Source: Diadema antillarum
Lineage: Eukaryota
Direction of reading: 5' to 3'
Assembly (NCBI RefSeq): GCF_040938485.1
Contig: NW_027272270.1
Coordinates: 310,001 to 374,000 of the forward strand
DNA: 64,000 bases
The notes under the pieces are model-generated. The model did no database searches. It was given only the letters and a program-made list of their open reading frames with translations, and was not told where the DNA came from. How positions within the stretch are numbered: position 1 is the stretch's first letter; each line of letters starts with the position of its first letter. The translations under genes were made by a program, and so were the position numbers. Below are positions 13,231-27,600 of the stretch, in pieces.

Positions 13231-13740
13231 CTTGATTTCATTCCGCTCCTTTCATCGTTCAAAATATGGCGAGACATTCGTCGCATTGGACGATCTGATT
13301 CTTCAATCATTATCCAAGTGTTCCACGATTCCAAAATAAGAGTCCAGCTTGAGGTGGCTAGTCGAGAGACAAATAGGACGTGCCCAAGCAGGAGCCTGTA
13401 CAGGCAGATCAGCTAAGTCGCCATGACACTTCATCATCTGCGCGACAAAATCTGTTGTTCGTCAATATGGAGGAGGAATCGTTCTTGTAAACATCCACTA
13501 TCCAATGTGTCCTGCTGCGAGCGTGCTCCAGTGCGTACAGCTATAGCTCGCCGTAAAATTAACGAGATGAAAATATGCGGTCATTTCGTTAGCAACGTCA
13601 TACGCGGTTCCCTCGCTACCGTCTTGGTAACCTCACTCATTATCATAATGTATTTCTTCGGCCGCTCTCTTCTCGCGCGAGACGTCGCGCTGCTCGTCTG
13701 CTCCGCTGTCAGTGCTCCATGCTGGGACACAGTCAGTGAC
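13231..13740 (-). promoter_or_regulatory. Candidate promoter and 5' non-coding exon of the CNGB-like gene
   Basis: CpG/GC-rich patch; minus-strand donor AAG|gtacgc at 13231/13230; the ATG exon has a strong acceptor at 8761/8762, so it needs an upstream exon. No transcript evidence. Confidence 0.3.
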
Positions 13741-14806
13741 AGTAATCCAAGGAGATAGACAATAATGAGACTTGAAGCATCATTGTGCTTTCTATTACAA
13801 CGCCATATTGAGGACTAGGACAGTACACCATGCACAGCATAACTTATCAAGATTAGCGTTCCACTCTATGCTTATGAACCGTCCTGTTAACAGGATCATC
13901 ATCCTATAATCACGATAATCCTACCGACATTGGCTGTGTTGCCTGTAATACAGGAAGAGTTAAGAGGACTTAGAACAACTATTATACAATAAAAAAAATC
14001 ATTGAAGGTTTTATTTTTGGTCAGCAAAACAAAACAAAACGAAAAACAACAACACACACACAAACAACCAAAGGGAAAAAAAAGTGAAACACAGAACACA
14101 AAACTCACCACAAAACAAACACACGCATGAATACCAACAAAAAGAAAACAAACGGACAACAAATACATCAGCTTCGAAACTATATGTTTCGCGTTATATA
14201 TGGTTTTCGAGGTGCGCTTTCTGACGGTTTCTACGTTGAATCACCTTTGTATGCAAGCTAATATGCTCAAAACCAATTAAAGAAAATCAAACATAATCCA
14301 TTTTCCTAAAACAAAATTTGATGTAAAAAGAATTCGGTTTTTTAATTGATTTTTATGTTTCAACATTCAAACGTGTATAAAGAATTCGAGTCTTGTATGC
14401 CACATGACTCAGGGTGCATGAACAAACATTGTGATGATGGATGGGTCTACGACAATTTATCAAGAAGTGGCGTTATATAGAATATTGATGTCTGTATCGA
14501 ATCAAGGTTATTCAAGAGATGGAGTCACGACAGTCCTATTCTCTTCGGTCCCATGTTAGATGCCCCCTCCTGAAAATATTGGAAATAATAAGTCGGATCT
14601 GCCTCACACATAAGAAAACAACAAATTTATGTCTCATTGCATGATAACCAGGTACTTTCTAAGCATGCTAAGAAAGAGAATATGTTTTATGATGATCATT
14701 TCTTTCGCGGCATCCCTACTTAGAAAAAATGAGCGGTACTTATATAGTAAAGACAGTGGGATGCGCGAATAGAAATTGCGCAGGCATTGTCGGATGTCTT
14801 GACAGG

Positions 14807-14963
14807 NNNNNNNNNNNNNNNNNNNNNNNNNNNNNNNNNNNNNNNNNNNNNNNNNNNNNNNNNNNNNNNNNNNNNNNNNNNNNNNNNNNNNNNNNNNNNN
14901 NNNNNNNNNNNNNNNNNNNNNNNNNNNNNNNNNNNNNNNNNNNNNNNNNNNNNNNNNNNNNNN
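14807..14963. other. Assembly gap (N run)
   Basis: Run of N bases, directly next to a dispersed repeat copy. Confidence 1.
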
Positions 14964-14969
14964 CTGGCC

Positions 14970-15370
14970 ATGAATCTGACATATTGATTTATAAAGAACT
15001 GCACTTGACGATTATACCATATCAGTTCCATTTGTCGGTATTAATTGAAAATTTGACAAAATTGGGGTTCCAGGAGAGTACAATTTACACTTCCACAACA
15101 TACAGCTCAGATTTACACATTTGCATACGTTGTTTATGGACGGAATGACTTTTCTTTATATGCTTTATCATGTGATGAAGTTTCATTTCATTTTATGAAT
15201 AAACAAGCAACGTATATATCCGACATTGTGTTACATAATAACATATAGCGTTCAAAATGAATCTTCAGATTACTCAACATCGATGGCGTAGCAAACGCCA
15301 AGATCAAATGCAGCGGTGGAGTCCTATTGAGCATCCACGGAAAACCGACAGCTGTTTAAATAATCATAGG
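14970..15370 (+). repeat. Dispersed repeat, unclassified; second copy at about 55590-55970
   Basis: Shared blocks TACAGCTCAGATTTA, ATATGCTTTATCAT, AATAAACAAGCAA, GAATCTTCAGATT, CAGCTGTTTAAATAATCATAG in the same order and orientation. Confidence 0.75.
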
Positions 15371-18299
15371 CGATTGAATTAAATCTCTTGTGCCTCCTTG
15401 ATCGAATACGACAATCAATGTTTAGCAGTCTGTGATTCGCTACAACATCAACATTTCGATACCCAATCCCCATTGGCCCACCCCGCCTGCCATCCATACA
15501 CCTTCTTTAGAACGCCAAGTGAGTCAGTGTTCAATTTGATACAGTTACTATTGAATTATATTGACCCTAACCAGATTTAAAGTCACTCAGTAAAACACTA
15601 AAAAAGTATTGTGGATATGGGGCAAAAACATATTTTTAAAAGGGAAGATATACATGGTTTCGCGCGTTTTGCAAAACAGTGATATAACTGGTCACGATCA
15701 CATGATATAAATGTAAATAAAATTTATAGACGATAGATCTTTTTCCTCATAATATAGGCATTTCCCAAAGATGTTCACTCATTTTGCACTATTAGAATGT
15801 ATACTTTCTTTTCATTACAGTAAACAAAGGTTAACCGTATATACTACAAATGTATTCTAAATTGTAACGACTTGGGAAGGATGGAAGTGAATTGTGCTAA
15901 CGGTTCCAATCGCTCTATTAAATGACGAAAAAATAATCACTTTTAGATTTCTGTGTACAGATAAAGTAGATTGTGAGTTGATGACATTACTGCCTCCTAC
16001 ATGTATTTCCATTGTGACCGCTTTCATATATCGAGGCAAAATATGAGAAATTTATAATAAATAGTATGAGTGGCTACATATGTTCAAACTTGACAATAGA
16101 GAAGAAAATGGCAAGCATTTATTCACAAAACAAAACAAAAATCAAACATATGTCATTTCGGAAAAAAAAATATTCAGAAAAGTGTCCAAGCGATGATGTC
16201 TTACCTTGTTTTCCTTGTTTGTCTTTGAAAATGCGTTCTACGTGATTTGCGTTGAAATCTAAATCTCCCATCTCAACTAAAACTGTATCATCCCTTTAAT
16301 GAGTGTGTTATATTGAAAAGAGTATGCCTCCGATCCTGAAAAGCTTCGGGACACATTTACAACATACATAGATGCACAGTGTCCACAGTGCCCATTATTG
16401 TTCCATTTTATACACATTACATGCATTGAAGTTCAGTCACCTTGTTGTTTCTTTTTCCTTTTAATAAAAAAGAATAGATCTAACAATTATATTCAGGTCA
16501 CATTAATGATCTGACCTCGTTGATATCACACCTTGCCATTGTTAAAAGAATAATTTGGCATTCTTTGTGATGACGTCATTTGCGTGGGATCTTTCCATGC
16601 TCTTTCGCCTCATACAACAGACATATTGATGGTCATTTTGCTACACTATCTTACATATTGATTATTGGAAACATTATGATCGTCAGTAGCAGGTGTTTAC
16701 TTCCCTTTTCTAGCATGGATTCTCTCACAATGTGAACAAGAAGAATAAACCTCACTTTTATCACGCAACAATATAGGCTGTTGGCGTCAATTATATCACA
16801 ATTGCGGAGCACCTGATTTTTACTTTATCCCGTATTTAAATGTAGACACTGGACAGTTAATTGTTACCGTCATTGCTGGTTTATAGTTGCAACAGTTTGT
16901 GATGCCATAGGCTATACAATGGAAAGATATTATACAGCGAAAATTCATTAAAATGTTCATTTTCTGCATGGAATAATGAAAGAGCAGATGACTTGCCTCC
17001 TTCAGAAGGCAGGGGAAATAACATGACCCTTTAGATATCATGTCAGTGACAAGTCGTTTGGATGCGTATACGTTTTTTTTTGTCTCACCTCCCTGGTTTC
17101 ACTGAGCAAAAAAAAAAAAAAAATGCTTTTCTCTTTCTTATCAACCAATAACGGCACATGAATTTCATCACAACTTTTTAGATTCGATACTTTTCTTTGT
17201 CCTATTTTCTTCAAATTTGGTTGATGTGATACTTTATATTATAAAATCACGTGCATTCACCGTGAATCCAGTTATATCTTTGGAGTTCATTTCCCTTTAA
17301 CAAGACTAGAATAGTCTTTAGTCGCGATGCATGTCTGTCTAGCTTCAATAGCATGCAGGGTCTTCATGTTTGCGGGTTTTTTTTCCCCAGAGTGCCTGTG
17401 CGTGTGAGCAGTAATTCAACGTTATTGTTTGTGTGTTGTGTGTGTGTCTCTGTGTGTGTGTGAGTATGGTTGTGTGTGTGTGTGTGTGTGCGTGTGTCTG
17501 TGTGTGTGTCTGTGTGTCTGTCTGTCTGTTTGTCTGTATAACTTAGTGTGTTGTGTGTGTGTGCGTGCATTCTATAGTGTCAAATCAACGAGGGACGTGA
17601 TCAGATCTATTCCTTCCTAAATAATTATATGTGTATGTATTATCATGTTTCTTATTTCCTTTTTGAGATTCTGAGGCTGCCATCACAATCAAGCACGTGC
17701 TTAAAGACGGCAGGCTCTGCATTTTTTCTTCTTCCTCTTTATTTGGAAACAAGTAGGCCTATATCGTCGATTCCTTTGATCTCATGCATTGTTGTTATGT
17801 TTATGCTTTAAAGATTGTGATTGTGATACTATGAATGTAATATTGCTTTTTCCTATTCTGTTGTCAGATACACGTGTTTTCATTTTCATATATGATTTCC
17901 TTGAAAAAAATGCAGAAATAAAATCGAACTGAACTGAACTAAAGAGCATTGTCTCAACCTCTACTACATTAAAAAAAAATATGTGCTCCAATTCACAAAC
18001 ACCGCCCCTGATATAAGTGATTCAAAGATCAAACACCACCGTGTACCGGCCAGAACAAGCGGAGAACATTTGCCGTCACTATCATTATGCGTCCCCAGCC
18101 TCCTTGAGTCAACATCCAGAAGATAAAATACCCTAATCTCCTCTTATCGCTCTCGTCAGCGCGAATCTATCTGCATAATCCATTAGGTAGTGGTCATAGA
18201 GCGCATAGTTGTAATTACCATGCGGAGTCGGTACGAGGGCAATGTCGAATCATTTGTCGAGATATCTTTACAAATGTCTGAATAAAAGAGGTCGAAAGA

Positions 18300-18604
18300 A
18301 CAGCGAGCGATGTATGAATAAGTGGCATGTATTTTCGTATATTTTGTACGCTCGCATGCATGGTGGTTCGTTTTAATAAAGTACCATATTCCAGTGCACG
18401 TGAGCAGTACAGTGCGTGCTACCAAGCTTGCACGGACGAAAAGCCCGTAGCGAGGATAACGCGCACGTTCGCGACGAAGCGAAGATCAAGTTCATTACAA
18501 TGATGCAGACAGGGTCGAAGCACAACATTATGATGCAGAGGTATACCTACGGCATGGTACGACGGAGGCGACTTTCTGCGCAGCCAACAGCGGACGGATC
18601 ATAA
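18300..18604 (+). promoter_or_regulatory. Candidate promoter and 5' non-coding exon of the sialyltransferase gene
   Basis: CpG-rich patch ending in a consensus donor ATAA|GTAAGT at 18604/18605; a candidate acceptor TTTCTCTTTTCCAAAAG lies near 21950, upstream of ATG 22209. The 5' boundary is a guess. Confidence 0.3.
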
Positions 18605-19987
18605 GTAAGTGTTAGTGGAGAGATACCTCTATGTCCACTTGACGATTCTAGGTCGTGTGAAACACCGTTGCCTTGGCGTTTTGCATCCTTTTCTGTCTCA
18701 TTATGTGCTCGCAAGCCACGGTACTGTCTCAATCATCACAACGACACAAGAGCTTTGAGAGTATGCAGATTCGATGGTGATGGTGATGATATGAAAGTGG
18801 AGGCAAAGAACTTAACCTGATCTTCGATGACCACTATCAATAATTATTGTACTCGTTTATATCCCGTCTGATTTGATGCTCTCGACGCGGCGTTTCCATT
18901 CCCGGAACACAAGTCATCAGATTTCGCAGAACGATTGTCCGTGTAGTGGTGGTGTTCAGCAGCCTTGTACATTATCATGATAAATCACTGTCTTGTTCTC
19001 CCAGTGGGAATATAGGAGCCCCGTGAGTATATTACATTCAATACCGCTGCTACTATAACAAGATAAACAAGTCCACAATATAATTATTTCATTCAACTTA
19101 CCGGGTGGCTCTATAGTGCAGATAGTGGCATATCAATATGCCAGGATATATCATCATTGTATAGTTTTGTTACGTGTTATTAGTCACTGTATATGTTTAT
19201 ATTTGAGCTTGGCTCACACAGATTTCTGTTAGGCACAGTGGAATCACTAGGCCATGATCATTGTATAAGTGGTGTTGGAAGTATAGTAGCAGGAAATAGT
19301 GCTGTGTACCATCGGAAGTGTACGTTCTACGTCAGGACTACAATCGGTTTTGCTTAAAATTCGAGGCCGAGTAGGAAAACAGGGAAAACGTAGCAAAAAA
19401 AAAAAAAGAAACCCTCAAAAGCAATTTGATGTTTATCATTTTCCAGTGATATTATCTTTTCAGTTGCACGTCCATATATCTTTGTACAAAGAAATCAGAT
19501 AAATGATCCGCTGTACAGTAGTGTAGATGGGTGTACAAAGGGTTTCTCGCTAATTTTCGTCACCTAGCTCTTAATATTTCAATTTCATCAATTTCGATTA
19601 AGTTTCGTTCGAAGGAGCTTACTGCCCTCAAATCCTAGCTTAAATTTTTGTCAGTTGAAATGAACAATCAAGTTTGGTTTACATTAGTTAACTGTCACTG
19701 AAATCCGTTTCTGCGATTCTTGGCGAGTTATGAGTGAGATCAAAATCGTCATTTTTCAAACACATTCGTGATCTTGTCATTCAAATTCGTCAAAATATTA
19801 AATGGGCCTTTTTATTCTTTTCTATTGAGGGTGTTAACCGCATCTTCTATACCATGCTAGTCAAGTGTGAATATTTGAGTGATTTCCGTGAAAGGGAAAT
19901 GTCATATAATGTATGGGTAAAGCGACGTAGTAATGTGATCAGTATAGACGATTCGATTAAGGCAGTAATTACAGTATTAAACTGTAC

Positions 19988-20012
19988 CAGGGAGATGGAA
20001 TACACCTCCCTG
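19988..20012. mobile_element. Ultra-short palindromic insertion, 25 bp (copy A)
   Basis: CAGGGAGATGGAATACACCTCCCTG; flanks ACTGTAC / ATTATAC (5 of 7 match, decayed TSD). Confidence 0.6.
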
Positions 20013-22208
20013 ATTATACCATAATTATAATCTACCTGGGGAATGATTATGATCGAGTGAAAACTTGACGAAAATGAATGCCACTCAGAAGACGACATTG
20101 ATTCTGCTAAGGTGTGGTCCTCAGCTATATGATCGACGAATATGAATTCCAGTTGACGAAAACGAGAAACAAAGCACAAACCTGAACAATTTCTCATACA
20201 GTATTGATGAAGAAAGGACAAAATTCGCACATTGCAGATAGTCCGGGACTTCATCGAAAACTCACTTTCAATTATTGAATGCAAAGATGACGGAAATAGG
20301 CGGGAAAACCCTACTGTATTCAAACTGTCAGTGATGCCAAGGAGGTCGTTATGAAGTAAATTGTAGCATTTATAAGGTCAAACGAGATTGAAGTAGGAAT
20401 GTCTACAATATTTGCAAAAATTTGCATTTATGTCAATTAATAGCTCATTTACTTGAAAACAAAAAGTATATGTACAGTATTTGCTGAGCTTATGTAATCC
20501 CTTTGCAGTGCTCAGGAGCTCTCACTATTCAATTTCAAGAATTGTCATGGGGCATGCACTCAACGTTTTGTTGGTCTAGTCATAGCGGTCCATGGTCTAA
20601 TATAAATTTATTATGCTGCCAAGTTGCGTCATTGTTGATAATATTCTGTCGCCACGCCGACGAGAGCATTACATGGTCTTTTAGTTATCTCGTTTAATAA
20701 CGTATAGCAAGGGAGATAATTTGACGCACATGTGATACGTATCTAACACCATTATTAAAGTGTAGGCCCTACATGATAATGGCGCTCCGAGAGCCTGCAC
20801 AGTATGTAATTATAATGGACCGTACGGTATACACCCATTAGATTAGTACCCCCCCCCCCGCATTCATAAATCACACCTGCCTACGGCTACGATTCACATG
20901 GGTTACATGCAGCACTGCAAATTTATAGATTTTGTATATCAACATTTCCACGTTCGACTTCATGGCAAGCACGCAAACGTTGATCGTCCATGTACTATTT
21001 TTATGATCACGACAAGCATCTCGTCTCTTGGACGCCTAAGCAGCTCCATTGTTTATTCAACCGAAATTCAAAGTCAATTATGATAGTCAACTGTGATATG
21101 TTGCTGTGGTTTAAGTAGCTGAAACTGAAATCGTAACCCATTTGATCGTAAACACCTCCCTTTAAAAAAGAATAGTCCGTAGCAAATCGATGTACATTTA
21201 TTGTCACTTATTCCCATCTTTCATCAGAAAATCGATCTTGTTCTCATATGTGTTGTTTGTTCAGCTATGTGCTATTTTTGCCCGATGTGGTCACAAGCCG
21301 AGAGTTTACCATATTTCCTTTTCGTTTTTATTTCAATGTCATTCGCTCTTCTCAAATGGAGATGATGTTTCGATGTTACATAACATAATTATAATTATGA
21401 TAAAATTGATTTACGAAACTGAAACAAGAGTATAAGTTAATGGTGACATTAAGGCAATGATCGTGAACTGAACGAAATAAGAAATGCGATCAGGCCTGCT
21501 TGATACCAATTAACTGGTCCCGTAAACTATTGATGTTGAAAGCATATGCGGGAGATGGTAAACTAACTTTACAATATATAAAGGGGAGAAGTATAGCGGT
21601 GAGTGCCAATGAACAACATTACACGTGGGTGCAAAAGTCAACGCGCTGTCATGAAAGGGTATAATATGTCTTGATATTTTGAAACTCGGCAGCACGAGGT
21701 GTGCTTCAATAAGATAAAAGAGGCGAGAGTATATGAGATTAACCAAGAGAAGATATAGTCACTGCACATTTAAGCTATTTGCTCTGTTATAACCCGAGAT
21801 ACTTGTCAATGTTTCAGCGTCACTCGTGAGGGTATATATAAGCATACTTTGTAAAGGAGGAGGGGATGGAATGGGATTATCTTTGCCTATGGTTAGAATA
21901 CTATACTTGTGAACTTATGTCTCATTCTCTGTTATATTTCTCTTTTCCAAAAGATCTTCCAGCTGAACATGCCTCATGGAGAACTATGTCTGAAGGCGGA
22001 ACATTCACAAGACCAGTATTCAACTTCTCAACATCACAGGGAAACATGCCAGCGCCGAGTCAAATTTGATCATACAGACGTATTATACTCTCACCCATGC
22101 GGTTTGCCTAGCTTGTCATACTGTTCCAAGGAGAGGACTGCTAGATACCTTCGTGCAATATCACAAAAATCCGAGTGGATGACGACAAATTAGTTTCTTG
22201 TACCTTAA

Positions 22209-24664
22209 ATGAGCGATATGGCCAGGCCAACCGCTAGAACCACTGCAGCAGTTGCATCGATGTTGCTATTATGCGGAGTCGTGTACCGACTGGCGAACAG
22301 TGATAGCTACAGGACGATGTACCCGCAGCGAGTTAAACTGTCTGCCTCAAGACACACGCATACCGTTTCGTTGACCGCTGTCAGCCACGTGAACGCCACG
22401 CAGCCGACGTCGTGTCGACGGCTGTGGAAAAAAGGAACGTCGGCGTGGTTCGACAAGAAATTCCGGCCAGAACTGCTCCCCGTTTGGGTGAAGGAGAACA
22501 CGAAATTGCCGGATGAAGTGGCCAAGTGGTGGGTGGTAAGTCTTATGGCGGCGCCAAAAATCAAAACAAAACTTTTGATATTAGTTATAAAATGTTTGAA
22601 GTTTAACAGTTTGAAGGGAACACTCTCTGCAAGACGTTTTTTTTTTTTTTTCAAAATGGGAACAAACCAATAGGAAAAGGGAAAGGAATCTTACCGTTGA
22701 CACGGACTAGATTTTCTCGAAACAGTAATATGGGTGAGGGTGTGTCATTATAGTGCGAATAGGCGACAATTCAAGTTGCGATAATACTAGAGGGTTATAG
22801 ACAATCATCACTTAAAATAAAAACAGTACAGACAAAAGTCGGATCTCTGTCTGCCAATGCCTGGGTATCATCATGGACCTATATTTTTGTTGTAGGTCCA
22901 TGGTATCATTCAGCTGTTCGTTATACCGTAATATGGTTAAACACCGGCTACCTGTCATGGCATGGCATGATGGGCACGCCCCCTCGCTCTTAACATGCGA
23001 GTATTAAACGCAGGGTTCGACATTAGCGGTGGTCCAGGTGGCCTGGGGCCACTGAGAATTGATGTCGGGCCACCAAAATTTCCAAAAGGCTACCCCCCCC
23101 CCCCAAAAAAAAAAAAAATGCTATATTTCCGTTTATTTCGGGCCACCAAAATTTCAGATTGACAAGTTTTAGTGGCTCGAATGGGCCTCGAAAGGAAAAG
23201 GTTAGTGTCGAGCCACAGTATCACATGTGCTATATAGCTGGAACTACATGGGGCATGCAGAGTTAGATTCCTACTACCAAGAATTGGGCCTGTAGATGGA
23301 GATGATTATCGTCCCATACAGATTCCTGCCTTCAACTTAAAGGGATCGTATAGTTTTAGTTAAGACCTAATTTCAGGTTTCTAACGTTGTTTTTTTTTGT
23401 GAGATCATGAGAAACCTCTGAAATATGAAAGGGAATATAATTCTATGAGGAATTCAACGTTTATTTGATGAAAATCGGTTTTGAAATGGCTGAGATATCC
23501 GAAAAGACCGATTCTGATAAAATGTGGGACCCACACTTTTTTTACGATCGCTTTGTTTTACTTTGTTTTCTGGATGTTTCAGTCATTCCAAACCCGATAG
23601 TCATCAAATAAACTTTGAATTCCTCTTAAACTGGTATACTCTGTACTATATAATAAGTGTTTTCGTGGTATCTCGCAAAAAGTTAAAAGCCCAATTCTCA
23701 TCTCCACCAATACTGTACCATCCCTTTTGGAAACCTTTTGGTCCCAAACCAAACAGCTGGCAAAATCACGCGCCATGTTAAAACCCAGAAAACTGCTGCT
23801 GAATAATAATCATTAATTTACTTGCCGGTATTATCGCTTGTAGTTACTTACTGCCAGTGCTAATTAGAACAATTTAAGCGCCGCAAGTTCATAAACTCTC
23901 TTTCCAAGGGCCTTGATGCAGTATTGGAAAAGGTAAGACCTATAGGCTCAAGTAAATATATGTAAATATGTCTTGTTCTTATAGAACCAAAAGTGATAAA
24001 GCAAAGATAATACCATGAGTTTGTACATTGATAACTTTATTTCCAAGTTTTTCATTGCGAATTCAGGGTCCACCCCCCTTGGAGTTGGGAGGGATTCATA
24101 ATCATGTAGACCATTGTCCTAGATTAAGGAATACTCACAAGTATTCTTCTCTAGAATCAGAAGTGATAGAGCTTTAAGTCATTCTTTTCTTCCAAAATGC
24201 ATAGTCCAACCTTCTATGAAGTATATGTACAATGTACTTGGCAGGTATTTTTACCAGTGTGATAGAAAATGCAAATGGACATCATGCTCCAGCTCTCAAA
24301 GCTGCCCCCGCCCCAAGTTTCCAACGCTCCTAGGTACGAGCCTGCAAGAACGCATGGAAGGTGAACTTGCGATACTCAGGTGAGCGCGAGACCCCCGGGT
24401 CTCTTGCTTTGTTTTTTCCTGTCAGCCGATGAAACCCCGAGATGGCACCATAAATAATTTCCCCTGATGCACTGAGGTGTGAGGGAAGTTGGTAGCTGTG
24501 GGATATCAGGATACTAGAAGAGCGTTTATGACAACATCATAAAGCATCACTATCACTATAGAGATATTCTACCAATAAGTAGACACGGTGGGCGTGTACA
24601 CCACGGGGCTCTTGGGCGATATAATTTCACAATGTTCAATGTTTTGTGTGTGTGTGTGTATGTA

Positions 24665-24697
<33 letters not shown>

Positions 24698-27600
24698 TAT
24701 TGAGACAGTGCATATCTGCCTCATGATTTATAGTGTTGAATATGATATACTCCTTTCACGGAAGTCAGTGATATCACTCACTGATATTCCAGCCTGTTTT
24801 CCACTCCAATTCACCGGAGTTAACAATGCCAGCACTCTATACACGGTGCAGTACGCAAGAATAGGCAAAAGCATGGTGATAATAGAGTTACGTGTTGTAG
24901 CTCTATGGTGATGATAATGATAAGTATACTGTATAGGCATACTGTAGTTATTGGCGTGATAAAGTATGATAGCCCTAACTACATATCGACCACCCTCTTT
25001 TAAACCGACCGCGTATTAATTGGCGCACTGAACGCTTATTACGCACTTCACTGCGCGCAAAGCACATAAAAATGGATTGGCTTTGACTGTTGATGAGGAT
25101 GGTGTGGGGAAAACACGAAAATTCACTCATTAATGGTTTTAATCCAGGACAAACTTTCGAATGAATATTTTCACCGAATCGTAATGTAATGTCTATGGAA
25201 GTTTCTAAAAAGCTTCGTACAACACGGTGTTCAATACAACTCGGCTTGAGTGGATTGTCAATGCAAAAACAGCGGTCGATCCTAACAACGAGCGTTACCG
25301 CGGGGAGCTGAAACGAGGCCACGCAAGTTCGTCGGCGATATTTTTGCACTGAAACTTCGAATCGAAAAGGGAACAACGGCATTTGATAGAGCTGGATTTT
25401 CTCAATCACGTAGGTCAAGTTTTTTACGTGAATTTCAGTGTTAGATATTCTTATCAAGCAAATAGACATTAGGCGGTCGATGAGTAGTAGGTCCAACCAT
25501 ACAATTCGTATATCACCGCAACGCCTGAGAAAACGGTTACACTATATTTCAAGGTTGCTCACTTTGTGTCTTTTACCCACTGATCTCTATGTAACTTATT
25601 ACATAGAAATCAGTGCTTTTACTCCCACCCCGTTTCATTCCCTGTTGTTCTGAGTCACTGTTGTTTCCTTCATTTCTGTGCATGGGGGCGTTGCTCGTTC
25701 TTGAACATGGTGCACAGTGACTAGTTGGAGCTTTGCTGAACCATGATGGAGCTACGATAGCTCCTAAGGTTAAGCACGGGGAACAATCACTGTATAACTA
25801 TAAAATTTTTCTCTTTTTTTTAAGGGGAGGGGACCGACAAAATGATATAGGCCTACTTGGAAATGTGGTGTACTTCGAATTGACGGATCAAACGTTCGAA
25901 TTTGAGGGGCTTTAATCAGATTTGTGGAGAGCATGCATACTTTGGAGTTCAATAGACACATACGCTATTATCACGTCATTGCACCAGTTTACTGGCGAAT
26001 TTTCAAAAAGTTCGCACAAGGATTATCTGTGGTGAACTTTAATAGGCTCGCCAAGGTGATGGTTTTTCCAGTGCCAGTTATCGTTTGTTTTTTAGGCTAT
26101 CAGTAAAAAAAAAAAAAAAAAAAAAAAAAAATGAATTTGGAAAAAGCATGCAACAAAAGTCGGATACGGGCCAAAGAGTTTACTGTTATTCTGTACTTGT
26201 CCATAGCAAAGTTTGAATCCCTGATTACAGTTATCCCAGAGACATACTTGTCATATGCGAGGGGGGGGGGGGGGGGGAGAGGATTCTTCTATCTTGGCTC
26301 AAGATTCTGAGCTCGCGGAGCGCATTGCTTTTGCTGCAATTGAGTCATGACGGCTGTATGCGTGGTACCGTGACAGTTGCTGTTGTTGTTGCTGTATGCT
26401 TTTGTTTTGCCACTTAAAATAGGGGGTGGCTAGTAACTGATCGATGGGAATCAGTGGGAATGCTGGGGGATGATTGTTCCAGTCCTTTAGGGATACATTT
26501 AAGAGAACATTATATATCTATTGTTGTGTGGAAATTATTTGCTTCAGAATTGTCTCATATTGTCTCACATTTTTCACCAGACATTTAATTGCTAACTGTC
26601 TTGGAGGAGTCTGCGCCTTTGAATGTTTCTGTGACAGATATATGGCGCCATACAAATGCTGTGGATCATCATCATCATCATCATCATATTCAAGTAATGT
26701 GCAGTTTAATGCCCCGTCACTGTACAGGCATGTTAACCTGGAAACATTAAACTGCACATTACTTGAATAATATGAGACCATTCTGAAGCAAATAACTTTC
26801 ATACAACAATAGATTTATAATGTACTCTTAAGTGAATCCCACAAGGATTGGAGCAATCATCATCCAGCATTCCCACTAATTCCCACTGATCAGTTACTAG
26901 TCATACCCTTTAAGCGACACCATATCGTTCCGTTAAGATCAGCTGAATTTTGAATACACTCAGTTCCACATTCGTAATACGTGTTTATAGGCCTATCTCT
27001 TCGCCCTTTCATCGTACATATTATTGATTATAATGTTAAGAAATATAAAGTATCTCTCGACTCTATCGATGTTGTATGCCTTGCATATATCATCGCATCA
27101 TGCGTGTATATACATTTATATACTTTTACTTTTCTATACATACAAAAATCTATGTGTTTATATCTATGTGTGTGTGTGTGTGCGTGTTCGTGTGTGAATT
27201 TGTAAGCGAGTCCCCAAAGAGTGTGGAGATACGACAGTTCATGTATCACAGCAGGGAGGTGGCTTCCACCTCCCTGATCACAGTAAACGTGGCTCTGACT
27301 ACGTATATACCATAACAAACACACAAACACACCCGATTCTTACTCCCACACCACCCCCATAATGTGCTCTTCTTACAATGTAGGCCTACTTTTCAGACTC
27401 TATCAAATCATCTGTCCTGTGAACTGTAGCACAGCGGATACAATTTCTTACCGGGCCTTTTTATTACAGGAAGATTGTTTGCAATTCATGTAGCCACTGC
27501 GATAGAAAAGCTGGTATAAAAACCACACCCACCCACTCTTTGTTACCACCACCTTCTTCAATGCTCAGCGCACTGACGTACGACTAGAGCAGGGAGGTGG

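Noticed and set aside
24975-25496. 173-aa minus-strand ORF inside sialyltransferase intron 1
   Set aside because: Alternative start codon, no recognisable motif and no splice signals; a nested gene cannot be excluded without a search, but nothing supports one.
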